Shown: piece by piece, positions 13,200 through 25,828 of the stretch | How the letters are laid out: each line of letters opens with the position of its first letter | How positions within the stretch are numbered: position 1 is the first letter of the stretch | Source of the DNA: Selaginella moellendorffii | Lineage: Eukaryota > Plantae > Lycopodiophyta | Length of the DNA: 64,000 bases | Assembly (NCBI RefSeq): GCF_000143415.4 | Contig: NW_003314261.1 | Coordinates: forward strand, 6,790,817 to 6,854,816 | Direction: 5' to 3' | Translations under genes and position numbers: made by a program | Notes under the pieces: model-generated | Databases searched by the model: none | What the model was told of the DNA's origin: nothing | The model's input: the letters and a program-made list of their open reading frames with translations, nothing else

Positions 13200-14757
13200 C
13201 ATGTTTCAAAGCCACAAGTCGCAGGGTCTTGGGCGAGATCGACAAGGATGGGGTTTCTTCAGGCTCATGCTTGGACGAAAGCGAAGCTATGAAATCGGAG
13301 CCCACTCTTGGTAAGCTTACATGTTTTTCTGATGGTTTTGTAGATGGTCGACCTCAAGGAAGTAACTACGCTCTTGGGAGAGACACTTCGGTGCCAGTAC
13401 CGCTGTGGGTTAGATATCGTCCTCTGGAAGGTTTCTGGACTCGGTTTGTCACGGACCCGGACCCCGACACGAACATCCTGCAGGCTATCGAAAACCTCAG
13501 GCTGGAGGTGTGTGTGGTTGACGAGGAACAGGACTGGGATACAGTTAAGAAGCAATACGAGAGCTTCATGCGCGTGGTGGCGGAGGTCATGGCGATTGTG
13601 GTTCGGCATGCGAAAGGAGGTGACTTACGGCGTTGATCAACTGGCCAGCACAAGGAAGCGGCAGTGCCACATCTTTGTGAGCGGTTCTCCAAGAATGCCT
13701 GCACAAGGCAAGTCAGATAAGAAGGTGACTACCACAAGCTAGCAGAAGCACGGGGAGAGCTGGTCCGCCTCTCAAACCAGTGCTTCCAGGCGAAATACGA
13801 AGCTCAGAGAAACGCAGAACGGTGCATTCAGCAACACTTTCAGGGGCTTTGCCTTCACTGGGCGGGAGGTCGAGAGAAGGGTGTTATTTTCCAGCGACAG
13901 CATCTGATCAAGGACGATCAGCCGGTTGACGGCGAACCGTTAAACTACTACCCGGTTGACGTGTGGGGAGAGGGCATGAAGACCATTGTGTGGCACTGTG
14001 CCAACGACGAGGGTTTCCAGCTTCAAGCGAGAGCTGAGGAGCAGTGCACCTATGGAGGGAAAGACAGCAAGTCAAAGTGAGAGCTACTAGTGGATACAGG
14101 ACTGGTAACGAAAGTTTGGAGATGGCAGTCCACGTGAAGGCCGAGGCAGTGGAGGCGGTGACGGTGAACCGGGCCGCTCGTGTCACGGCTCTGTCGTCTG
14201 TAGTCTCAGTGAGCGTGGCACACTCGTGCTGCAAGACGAGGAATTGGCAGCCTTTCCGGTGGAGGTGGAGGGAATCGATAGACCAGCCATGCTAATTCGA
14301 GACGCTGGTTTCGCGCTAGTGGAAAGGCCTCCTTTCACCGCGGCAAATGAGCGAGCAGCTCTACGCAACGCTCGTCCGGGTTTTCAACGCGCATGGAGCG
14401 ACATTGTGCTCCGGAACATATGCTGCAAAAATGGTGTGTACCGCTTCATCGACTGGGGGATGGCCTGTCGGCCGGGGCTCGATCCTCTCAGGGAGCTGTA
14501 GCAAAGGCCTGGCCGCGTGCTCTCGTCACAGTCTCGATCCCGCCGATAAAAGATTGGGAGCTGTTGCCGGACTGTGCACTGTTCTTTGAGGAACCTCGGA
14601 ACCTGAAAGACTGCGTATAGGGACTGTTTACTGCTGCTTGATACTGCTCAATGGCCGTGGGAGGAAGCGGCGGCTTCCAGAGACCCCTAACAGGTTTCTT
14701 GTGTCCGGGTTGTGACTATGCTCAAGATGGCCAAAGATGAGCACCTTCATGGAGTAG
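13200..14757 (+). pseudogene. Degenerate putative Crinkler-type nuclease+kinase gene, copy 2
   Basis: Co-linear high nucleotide similarity to 11230-12830. Retains kinase-like AWSDIVLRNICCKNGVYRFIDWGMAC but has many frameshifts and stops. Confidence 0.55.
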
Positions 14758-15014
14758 AACTGGATCTTCAAGCTGGAGATAGTAAGAAAAACTGCCATTG
14801 TACCATTGGAGAATGGCAGGAGGTCATCTATTTATCTCTATCTATATGTTGTTTTGATAGCGCATCGTGAAGATTGAAATTTGAGGCCGCATCTTCGACG
14901 TCTTCCTCCCCTCCTTCGTTGGCCGTAAAATGTATGATAAATTAATTGCTACAAAGTTTGACCAAGTGCAATTGTCAAAAGCGTCAACCTTGACCATGAA
15001 ATGGTAATTCTAGT

Positions 15015-17263
15015 TCAAACGCGATGGTGGTGGTGCACAGGCTCGTCCATGATCTTGGCCTCCAACAGCTTGGCTCTCAGGCTGTTGTCTCGGCTGCTCG
15101 ACCGCGGCCAATTCACGTCCCCGGAAGAGCTCCAGCTATTCCTCTGGGGCGTCGCCACCATCGAGGAGCTCATCAATGGAAACGACGAGTGCAGCAGAGG
15201 CGACAGCGTCGGCGTGCTCCCGTCTTGGCTCCTCCTGTGCTGTGCGTACTCGAGAGCGAAATCATCCTCAGCTTTGCATAGCGTTTGTTGATCCCCGTCC
15301 TCGTCTTCCTCCTCCTCCTCCTCGTTGTTGCCATGCCAAGCTCCTCCTCCTCTGTGCTGCCTGGAAGAAGCTCGGACGCTCTCCATGTAGAGCTCTTGCT
15401 GCTCTGGAATTGTGTCGATCCTTCTGCTCGGGCCGAAACCATAGCCCTCACCTCGTCCATCGAAGCAGCTCTCGTCCGGACCATTCTCTTGCTCCGTCGA
15501 CTGCTGCTCCACCAGGCTGTTCTCGTCGTAAGTTCGCTGCCTTCGAAGCCTCCTCCGTCCCCTGACCGCTTTTCTCCGTAGCTCTTGCCTCTTCTCGGCT
15601 GGATTGTCCGCCTGGCCCTGCTTGTTCCTGGCGTAAGTCCAGCGGTTCCCTTGCGTTCGATCATAGAGCGACTCCTTGTTCAGATCGATCGAGTGTAAGT
15701 CCTCCTCGGCCGAACTCCCAGTCTCGTTTGGCTTCCGCAGGGAATCCACCGCGGCTCGCAGCGTCGTCGCCTTGTCCAGCTCCTGGCTCTCGCCGGCTCT
15801 TGCCGCGGACTTGTTCCGCAGAAACTCCTCCAGCTCGCCTCGAAGCCTGTCCAGGCTCGCGTTCTTCTCTTCCAGTTCGTGGCGCGCTTCCGCGAGTTTC
15901 ATCTGGACTCGCTCCTCCCGCCACACCTCCGCCATTTGCAGCATCCTTCGCTCCTCCTCCACCTCCTCGCGGACTTTCTCCGACTCTCGCTTGAGCTCCT
16001 CCACCTCCGCCTTGTCCTGCCCGATCTCACGAGCCAGCTCGTCGCACACTTCCTCCATCAGCTGCCTCGCCTTTCTCTCTCGCTCCAGATCGTTCATGGC
16101 TTTCGAGAGAGCCGAGCTTGTCTCTTCCAGCTGCCGTGCCAGCTTTCGGTTCAGGTGCTCGGCCTTGCGTTTGTGCCGCTTCTCTTCCTCGGCCTCGCTC
16201 TTCGCCGCGATAACGATGGCTCGCCACCTTTCCTGTTCTTTGGCTCGCCATGCAGCCCTCTCGCTCTCGCTTCTCTCCAAGAGGATCTCGACGTCCCTGC
16301 GAGCCGCTTTGTTGGCGTGTTCCAGCTCTCTCACCCGCTGTCGTGTGTGTTCTAGCTCCACCCGTAGAACAGTAGCCAAAGGAGTCGACCCGGCTTGTTG
16401 CTGGTCCATGCCCCGGATGTGAGATAGAACTTTGAGGAAATCATTCGAGTTTGGAAGGCATTCTTTTACTCGCGAAGCAACTTCGTCGACCATATCTTGC
16501 TGCTGCTGTTGCTGCTGTTTATTCTGGGACTCCATCTACGGAAAAAAGAAAAAATAGAAACAGTTTAGTACAGGCCATGCAACGCAATGCAATGCAAGGA
16601 TAGTCACCTCAAAGCTGTGCCGGGATGTTTCCGACGCGTAGAGTTCTTCCGACGCTCTCCGGCTGTGATAAGTTACCGAGTCCGAGTATGGGCTTCTTCT
16701 CTGATTGTTAGTGGCCTGCGAGGCACAAACTTACATCAGAAACAAAGTGATCAAAACTTGCAAAACTCGCAACTCTAGAGAGGAAAAAAAAAATCTGGGA
16801 AAAGCACTCAACTACAGTGGAAAGTAAGAGAAAACAAGGCTTTGCTTACATTGTGAGGAACGGGGGTCGTAGGCGACGGTGGAGGCAGCATCAGATGCTT
16901 TGGACTTGCGACGGACTCCCGCTGCCTGGCCTGTGACGATGAGCGCGAGCGCATTTTAGCCGACGATGGTGGGCCTCCTCTGGCAGGACAAAGCGGAAGT
17001 TCCTGGAGCTCCCACAGCGTGGCGGCTAACTTTCGTGCCGAGATAGTTATCTGGCGACCGGCAGCCTCGCTCCCCGCCATGATCCCGTCGTAGGAAGGAT
17101 TCTCGTACAGCTTCCAGCTCGGAACTGGCGTCGTAGGCCCCCGCTTCCCAGCCAGTATCGCACGCCTGATGCGTATGTTTGCTGGCCTGTGCACCGCATC
17201 ACCGCTCTTTCTCGCTTGATGCTGCTGCTGTTGATGAACAACAATGGCCTTGGATCTGCCCAT
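15015..17263 (-). CDS. Coiled-coil protein of the At5g41620/BRANCHLESS TRICHOME-like family
   Basis: GKRGPTTPVPSWKL and ISARKLAATLWEL N-terminal motifs; ERERKARQLMEEVCDELAREIG and EEERRMLQMAEVWREERVQMKL core; SLRAKLLEA C-terminus. Exons 17263-16850, 16715-16608, 16535-15015. Confidence 0.85.
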
Positions 17264-18449
17264 ATCCCTCCTGTCCGCTCCTCCTTTTATCCCTATCTAT
17301 GACTACACACCTCTGAGATTGGAAAGGAGGAGGAAAAACTCTTCTTTTTCCTCGCTTTGTCCAGAAGCTCAAAGCCCACGACTCTCACATCTTGTGGCGC
17401 TGGCCAGCAGCGGTGAGCGGCTGGATCCACCAGCCATGGTTTCCAGTTCCGTGCCTAGAAGAAAGAATAGACTACTCCTTCCTCCCCACCCCTTACATTT
17501 TGTCTCACTTCTTTAGCCTCCTCTGGAAATAATATAAAAGCGTACCCGGGTGATCCGATCTGTATCTGTATCCGGCTTTGGTGTGATATTCGGCCTGCCA
17601 CAGGGAGATGCCCATACCTCTCTTTGTATGTTTGTGTGAGACTGTGAACAAAACTCCCTGAAACAGAGCACACAAACAAAGAACGTTGTAAGTTCTGTTC
17701 TTCCTGTACGCTTGCAACACTTGTACAGTATGAAAGCTCCCAAGAACTCCCGAAAAGGAAGAGGTAAAGGAGTGCCCCGAGGGAGAGCCTATCACTTTCC
17801 CTGCTCTCACTGCTAATTAATGGATAATTCCTCTCGCTGGGATGTTGCGGGATATGGAGTATCAATCACTCAATTCGGCAACAACAAAAGAGAGAGAGCT
17901 AAGATAGCAGTGGTACGAGAATGATAGCAGCAGCAGCAAGCACGAGTACAAACAAGCATCCACAAAAGAAATACAAGTCTAATGAGCCAAGGACACAGGG
18001 CCAGGCCCAGAGAAAGCCACTAGCTAGTTAAACTTTAGCACGGCGGCATTGGATTCCAAAAACAAGCCACAAGAAATTCCTGCCTCTCTTCCAAGTCTCT
18101 CCTTTTCCTTTTCTTTTCTCTCAAGCACGCAAGCCCATATCAGTATCAGTGCCTTGGCATTGCATCAGGTGTGGATAGTTTCTCAACAGGACTTACCTGA
18201 GAAATGAGAAAACTTTCAGCGATCAAGTGTAGAGCATCACTTGCAAGGCATTTCCGGGCAAGAAAAACATGGATTCGCAGCGCACAGGCATGGCGCATTC
18301 TAGGAACTCAACAGGAAAAGAGCGGCATTGCTTGGAGTTGGAGAGGAAGAAAGCGCACATTCCAAACCCTACACCCTAAACACTCTTACCTTTAATAAAT
18401 TATCGTAACAATTAGGTTCTAATAACTTTAAAGGTCCTTGTGTATCAAG

Positions 18450-19401
18450 TCAAAAGTGTATCTCTTTTCGCTCCGCGAAAAACTTTCCCGAGGGATAATC
18501 CTCAGCTTCAAGCGTTGCAAGCCAAACCGGGGTGTCTGCCCCTTGTTCAGCTGTAAAATGGCCTTCACCGCCAGTCAAGTCCGTTTTTGTATATCCTGGG
18601 CACACCGAGTTGACACTAATCTTGTTGTTTTGCAGCTTCTTTGCGAGAATCCTGGTGTAGGCGTTGAGCGCAAACTTGGACATGCAGTAATCTGCGTCCA
18701 TCTTTGGGTAGCCTTCCTCCGCCACCTTTCCTCTCTCAACAGCACCCCGAAACTCCTGCAAGCACAAGTCAATCACTTGCTCGCTGAGATGTTCCGCATC
18801 AGAGAACTTTGCCACTTGAAACTCATTCTTGAGAGGCTGCCAAGAAACAATACAAAATGTAAAACAACACATGCATTGAAGAGCAACACTTACATCATAG
18901 TCATTGTTAAGCTGGCCGAGGCGGGAGCTTATGTTGATAATCCGGCCCCCAGGCTTGATTATCGGGAGGACCGCTTGGGCCATCCGCTTGGCACCATAGT
19001 AATTCGTCTCAAAAAGTGCTTGGGCTCCTTCCACTTCGTTCTCAAAGCCCTTGGACTTGATCCCCGCATTATTCACCTTTGAAGAACACACAAGCTTTTC
19101 AATCTTTGGAAGAATTCCTCTCTTACCACTCTCTTCTTACCAGGATATCTATGGCGCCAAACTTTTGCTGGAGCCAAGCGGCCATAGCGGACACGGATTG
19201 CGAGCTCGAGACGTCCAGCTCATGGAATTCGGCTTCCAGGCCTTGCGATTTGAGCCGCTCCAACGCATCAATTCCTCTCTTTGCGTCACGGGCCGTGAGA
19301 ACGGTCGTGAATCCCTTGCTCGCGAGCTGCCTCACAATCTCGAAACCAATCCCCTTGTTACTTCCTGTAACTACAGCCACTTTGCTCTCTCGCTTCGCCA
19401 T
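18450..19401 (-). CDS. Short-chain dehydrogenase/reductase, carbonyl reductase/neomenthol dehydrogenase-like
   Basis: VAVVTGSNKGIG, ILVNNAG, ETNYYG, IINISS, catalytic YCMSK, VCPGYTKTDL; three exons. Confidence 0.92.

Positions 19402-19403
<2 letters not shown>

Positions 19404-19435
<32 letters not shown>
19404..19435. repeat. (CT)n/(GA)n microsatellite abutting the SDR start codon
   Basis: Uninterrupted CT run just upstream of the minus-strand ATG at 19401. Confidence 0.9.
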
Positions 19436-19438
<3 letters not shown>

Positions 19439-19813
19439 GGATAACTTTCTAACAAGTCACAAAGGACACGAAACCACGAAAGTCACAAAATCATCGTGGA
19501 CACGGAAACCACACAGACAACTTTGTAACAAAAGTCACACACACACACACAAAAAATTTCAAGGTCTCGTGGACATGGAACGAGCATGAAAGCTTCCCTG
19601 ATCTCACAAGCCTTTTTTTTTTCTTATTATTTCTCACATTTGTAAGACGCACAAAAAGTAATATGACCACCACTCTTAACTCGACGCCCCCTTCACAGGG
19701 AAGAAGAAAAAGAAAAAGGAGATAGAAAAAAAAGAGAAGAAAACCGTTCCTGCCCCTCAAACCTCTGTAAAAATGTTAAAGCAATGATCCAAAACAAATC
19801 TCCGCTCGCGCGA

Positions 19814-22800
19814 TCACGATGTTTGAGGTGACAAAATCGACTGTAGCGCAGCCTGCTGCTGAGGTTGCAACGCAGACCATGTCGAAGCAAGAGCAGCCGG
19901 GGGGAGTCTTTGCTGCATCTGTCTCAGCAAAGTCACCATGCGTGCAGCAGTTTGTTCGTTTGATAGCTCTGCTCCCGAGCTAAGCACCTGAATTCACCGG
20001 GAGAAAGAATGATTCCAAGAAGCTCAGGGCCTCTAAAAATCTTACCTCTGCAAAAACGGAGACGATCTTTGGTAGAAACTGATTGTTGGGGCCGAGAAGT
20101 TGGGGATCCGAGCTGCTTGGACACATTGCAAATAAGTTCTAACCGGAAATCTGAAGGATGCTTTGTTTACCTTTCAACCATGCTACAGAGCTGCTCGTGG
20201 ACAATTTTGGCTTCTACAAGGTCACCTTTGAGTGGTAAACAGCCCAACCAAGCAGGGACGACCTGATGAGAAACACACACAAAGTGATGATCAATACATA
20301 ATAGAGAAGAGCACACACACACACACACACCTGTGTAGCATCGATGCTATCTCTTTGGAACTGACATATTTTTCCAAGAGCAGACACAGCATTATCGGTT
20401 GCCATGATGTTATCCTGTTGCCGCGCAGCGGGATGGCTTACAACAGCATTCAAACGCTCCAAAGCCTCTGTAAATAAACATACAGATTAGCCGCAGAAAC
20501 AAGCCGGTAACGTAACCTCGGACAACAGGCTTGAATTTTGCTCCACCAAACTCAGCACATACACCAATGCCGTATACGGCAGCCTGTGATACATAAACAA
20601 GCGAATGAATGAACGCACTTTCTAGTTCTTGTTTTAGCCAACCTGTCGGACATCGCAATTGACGTCATTGGCTGCTTCCAGCATGAACGGCAGGAATGTA
20701 TCATAGTATCTGCAGACACAAAAGGCGTATAAGAGAATTTTAATCGTAAAAACTGGCAATACTTGATTGCAGCTTCTCCGCACTGCTCGGCGATGTCGTC
20801 AAAAATACAAATTGCGATTCTTCGTTCTTCAGATGTTCGATCTTTAGACTTCCAACCATTAAAACAAGAGGTAAGCAACCGAGACGAATATATACTAGAC
20901 GTCTTACCAGCATAGGTGTCACGAAAGGCATGAGCTCGTCAAAGAAAGGAACAAAAGACGCTTTGAACGTTTTGATGAGTGTTCCAATACATTCCCCAAT
21001 CTATGAAAACTCGTTGAGATGTTAAAAGAAATAAATAGTAGAATTACCTGATCAAAAACTTCGTCTTCCTGTTCGTTTTCTTCGTGTAGCAACTCACGCT
21101 CTTCTGCATCAAAATCTTCTGTCTTTGTTCGTTCCGCACGATCCCTTTTCCGTGTGCTGCTCGCTGTCAACACTTGCTTGAACTCCTCAACAATAGCTTT
21201 TATTTGCCCTTGATCGAGCATTGGACCAACAAGCTGCAAACATATGCACCTATAATTATTTCGATTCCTCAATAAAACTGGAATAGCATACCTGAATACA
21301 CTCATTCAAGGAGTCCAGCATACTAGAAATTATTTCAGTCTCGGGCTCCTGTAAATTGACCATTACCATCTGAAAGAAAACTACAAACTAGAAGAAAACC
21401 TTGCGGAGAGCTTCGATAAGAGGCGGTACTATGTAGTCCGTGAGTTGCTTCACATAAGTTTGATCCCGCCCTTGTGCTTGTCCTTTCTCCACAGCCAGCT
21501 TACCAGACCTCAGAAGCTCAGGCATAGCTGTTCATATATACATGATAAATTTATCGTACAGCTAAAGTATGAAACATACCTGAAACGGCGGCTTTTCGAA
21601 CTTCTTCATGAAAGTAAAACTTCAATAAGGGTACAAGGATCGGCGCGACCTGAAAGTAAACGGGGAATTACATGTAATGCATTGTTGACCCGCCATAGCG
21701 TACCTACCTGCTCGATCCACGGAAAGAACCCTTCCTTGAGTTCGTCCGCATAACAACACAACATATTACAAGCTGTTGCCTTTTCTTCCAGAACGCTTGT
21801 TCTGATACCAATTTTCTTGTCCCCGATAGTGATTGTCTCCACACTAGCATATAGTGGAAAATTTAAAGTTATGGTAGTGCAGCAAATCCAAAGAATACCT
21901 GTCGTCATCTGTATCGTTCCCTTCGTCCTCGGTGTCCGCATCCGTTATGGTCACGTCTGGTTTAAGTTGCGCAGAGCGCAGAAGGGGTGGCATAACAACA
22001 TTCATATACGGTAAAAATTCTTGACCCAAACATTTACATAGCCGAGCCCAAGCCTGAAATTAAATGAGGAGATCAAACAAAACCACATCGTTCCTATGAA
22101 AGGAGATACAAACCTGCAACATGTAGCTAATGGTTGGATCGTCATCCTCCAAGTGCGCACCCTGGAGGGTCATCAGAACTTCCATCACCTGGAAACGTAG
22201 AGACATTAGAATATAAGCGACCGTTTCCATAAGAAACATACCTGCTTCGCATCATCTCTGAACTTGTCTTTGCCGACGGCCATACCTACAAGGCTGATAC
22301 ACTCCATAGACTTCGCTCTAAGCATGCGGTTTTGCTTGTCTGTGGCATTTATAAGAATAGTCTTCAGGTACGGCATGACTGCATCGTAATACTTTTGGAA
22401 TTGAACCTGCAAATATCGAACGTGAGATGTCGAAGGGCAAGCGTCATCATGAATTAACCTGGGCGGAATCAGCGACAGAAGCTAGTGCTGTCAAAGCACC
22501 TTCTTGCACCATTCTTTTTCCATTCTGATAGAAACAACGATGTTGAAACCTTGCTCAGGGTTATAAAGAAAATTACCTGCAAAAGAATCAACAATTTACC
22601 GATGACACCTTCCAAATAAGGCGTCAAAATATCAGAAGTACAGCTTTCGCTAAAATTCAATATTGCGGCTGCCGCGTGAGCCTGTACCGAGCAAACTTGT
22701 TAATGATAAAAAAGAATATAAAAGAAAAGATTGTTACCTGAACCCGAGGATTTTGGTAGTCATCCATGGCACCAACAAGAGCTGGAAGCACCCGCTGATG

Positions 22801-24210
22801 ATAGAGCTGTTGCAAATCAGGTCCTAAATCTGTGGAGAGCTGTCCGATCGCATTAATAGCAGCCCATCTAACTCGGGGATGTGGATCTTGAAACGAATTC
22901 AAAATCATGGACACCACCGGCTCTAAATTTTTTATCATCACCTATAACCAAGCATAAGTCAGTATGTCTTGAAAAGCACCGAAGAAAGGAAAAAGGAAAT
23001 ATATTACCTTGGCACATCCTTCGGCAATCTGTGCAAGGGTGATCAACGCGGCATGCCTCTTCTTCCAGTCCGGATCAGAAATGTAAACGGGCAGGATGTC
23101 CGATGCAACCGGCAGGATCGTGTTCCCCCCCAGAGAGATCGCCAACCTGTCCAAGCATTCCTGACCAACTTCAAAATTCGAGCTCTCTCCAACGTCCTCA
23201 TCTTCCGTGTCAGCGACATGCCACGCCGGAAGGTCCTCCAAATCCAAGAGCATCTTCACCAGTGTCGCGAAAAGCCTGCTGATCATTTGTGGCAACTTCC
23301 GCATCATCCCCGGCGCCCTCTCCCTGGCCTCAGCGAGAGTGATCAAAAACTCCACCGCTAAGTGACGAGTACCCTCCTCGAGCGACTCAGCCTCAGCGAT
23401 CTGCATCATGGTGCTCACCACATCCACAAGCTGGCGTCGCATAAACCTTGGCTCCGACCCGGCAACCTCGATAAACATCTCAAGAGCCTCCTGCGCTGTG
23501 GCCTCCTCGTTGTTGTTTAGAGCCAGAGACAGCGTCTGCATCATTCCGGGTAGCAAGTTCTGGAACCTCTCTCGATCCTGGACCGATTCCAGCGTTTGCA
23601 CGAAGCTGGCGGTCGCGCGGAGTGCCGCAATGCGCACGTCGCTCGAGGTGTTGGACGACAGGCACTGCTGGAAGACCGCGTGCAAAGTCGGCAAGTGTGA
23701 GCGGAGGTGAGGTCCCATGTACTGCGCGAGCTGGGCAAACATGAGCAGCGCGCTCTCCTGGAGCCTGGGAACGTCGGAGCTCACGCACTGGAACATGAAT
23801 GGAAGGAGCTCTGGCCAGCTCCCATCCTCGATCAAACTGGCCGCTAGCTCCGCCACAGTGTCACACAGCTTCTTGAGGGTGCTCTTGGTCTCTTCCCTCT
23901 GGACGCACACCAGGAGCTGGGTCTTGAGCGTGGAGTGGGTGTTGGGATTGAGCAGCGACCAGAGCGAGACCTCGTCCTTGGTGATGAGCTTCCGCAAGAG
24001 GATAGCGGACATAGCGCGCGTCTCGACATGCCCGGACTGTAGAGTGTGAACGAGCTTGAGCACCAGCGTGTCCGGGTGCTGCGCCTTGCAAGCGTTGAAA
24101 AGCTGCTCGGCGTGGCCGCGCTGGTCGTTCGTGGGGCTCATCAGCTGGGCGACGAGCGCCTCGAATGGCGCCATCTCCATCCCCAGCACAGCTGCGACCT
24201 CCGCCTCCAT
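19814..24210 (-). CDS. IPO5: Importin-5 / karyopherin beta-3 (HEAT repeat), multi-exon
   Basis: [96 protein letters not shown]; C-terminus [26 protein letters not shown]. Confidence 0.95.
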
Positions 24211-24221
24211 CGCCTGGATCG

Positions 24222-24670
24222 AAAACCCTAGCGATCCAATCCGCCACACAAGACGAGGAAGAATCACGCGCCCGCAATTTACCGTGACAATGCAGCAGCA
24301 GGAATGCGAGGATCACCGTGGCGGATCCATCCGCCGCAAGCGCGCATCCACTCCAGGGTTTACCCCTGCCAGAAAACCCTAAAAGAGAGCCATTGTCGCG
24401 GCGTTTCGTGCCCTAGCCACAAGAACCGTACGGAGAATCTAATCCCGCTTACCCTAACCCTAAAAACAGGGGAGGGTGCGCATATTCTCTTTACAAATCT
24501 GGGCGGGACAGGTGTATGGTGCCACGTGGAGCGCGCTGCGCACGTGTTACGCTCCCATCGCCATGCATACCTAGAGAAGCTCTTAAAGGCGGCCCATGAT
24601 GCGCATCCAGCGCTCCACGCATCCATCTATCCAGCCATCCATCTCTCCAGCCTCCATTTCTTCTATAAAT
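24222..24670. promoter_or_regulatory. Divergent promoter with telo-boxes, two ABRE/G-boxes, an RY element and a TATA box
   Basis: AAACCCTA near 24222 and 24373, ACCCTAACCCTAA at 24451, CACGTG at 24523 and 24541, CATGCA at 24562, TATAAAT at 24664. Confidence 0.6.
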
Positions 24671-24849
24671 CCAAACTCGAGTGGTGGACTCTTCTCCATT
24701 ATAGCATCTCCAAGGGGCGCTGGTTTTTAGTTCCTCGCGGCGGCTCCTCTTCAACAGCTAGAAAACGAGAGTGGTTTTTCTTTGGAGCGAGGACTCTCGA
24801 CCGCGCCCAAGGCTTCTCTTTCGATCGATCAAAGAAGAATCGAATCGAT

Positions 24850-25599
24850 ATGGCGTTTGGACCGGGACGATCGGTTGCGGCATTCCTCCTCTTCCTCAAC
24901 TTCTGTATGTACATGGTGGTGCTGGGCTTGGCGGGCTGGGCGATGAACAAGGCGATCGACTATAGCCAGGCGAACATCGTCAATCAGACTGGCGCAGTAA
25001 CAACGCTCACAAGGTTCCCCGTCGGTAAGGCTGTCAAATCTTTCTTTCTTTCTTGTCAATGGCTCACTCCCGAGATCTTTCTCTCTCAGGGAACGCGGCG
25101 ACGCCCTTCTTCCTCCTCTTCATCCTCGGCGCGGGCGTTCTTGGCCTGGCATCGATACTCGCGGGCGCTATTCATGTCAGCTTGTGGCGCAGCGAGAGCC
25201 TCGCCGCGGCGATTTCCTCCGCCTTGATTGCCTGGCTCTTCACTCTCCTGGCATTCGGGTAAGAATCGAGGAGATTTCTCGGGGTTTCTTGACGGAATTG
25301 ATCTCTTTTCCCAGTTTCGCTTGCAAGGAAATCCAGCTCCGCGGTGGATACCGCAACAGGCGCCTGGTAAGGCCTTGAATTCCGTGCTTTCGATTGATGG
25401 ATTGAGGAATCTTTCTCTTTGGCAGAAAGCACTCGAAGCGTTCTCGATCATCCTGGCAGGAATGCAACTCCTCTACATTTTGTCGCTCCATTCTGGCATG
25501 CTGGCGAGGATGGGGCCGAGGATCAAGGAGCCTGGCTATGGCGGCATGGCACAGGGCATGGAACAGAAGGGCGGCCCTACAACTGGCTCCACGATTTGA
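24850..25599 (+). CDS. AWPM-19: AWPM-19-like ABA-induced membrane protein
   Basis: LLFLNFCMYMVVLGLAGWAMN, GNAATPFF, WRSESLAAA, TLLAFGFACKEI, LEAFSIIL; four exons. Confidence 0.92.
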
Positions 25600-25828
25600 A
25601 GAAAAAGAAGGAAGAAGAAGAAGCTTTCTTTTCTTAGAAGAAAAGCATGTAGCATTCCTATTCGTTGTATGAAAGAAATCTAGGGCTTCCAAAACGGCTA
25701 CTTTTCATGTTTCGCGGCAAAATATTCTCCGGTATATTCTGTCTTTTAGAATTCAAACATTTAGGTTTCCAAAACGGCTAGTTCGCGGCATTAGGGTTTA
25801 GGTTTTAGGGCTCTTAGTCCCCGTGCCT

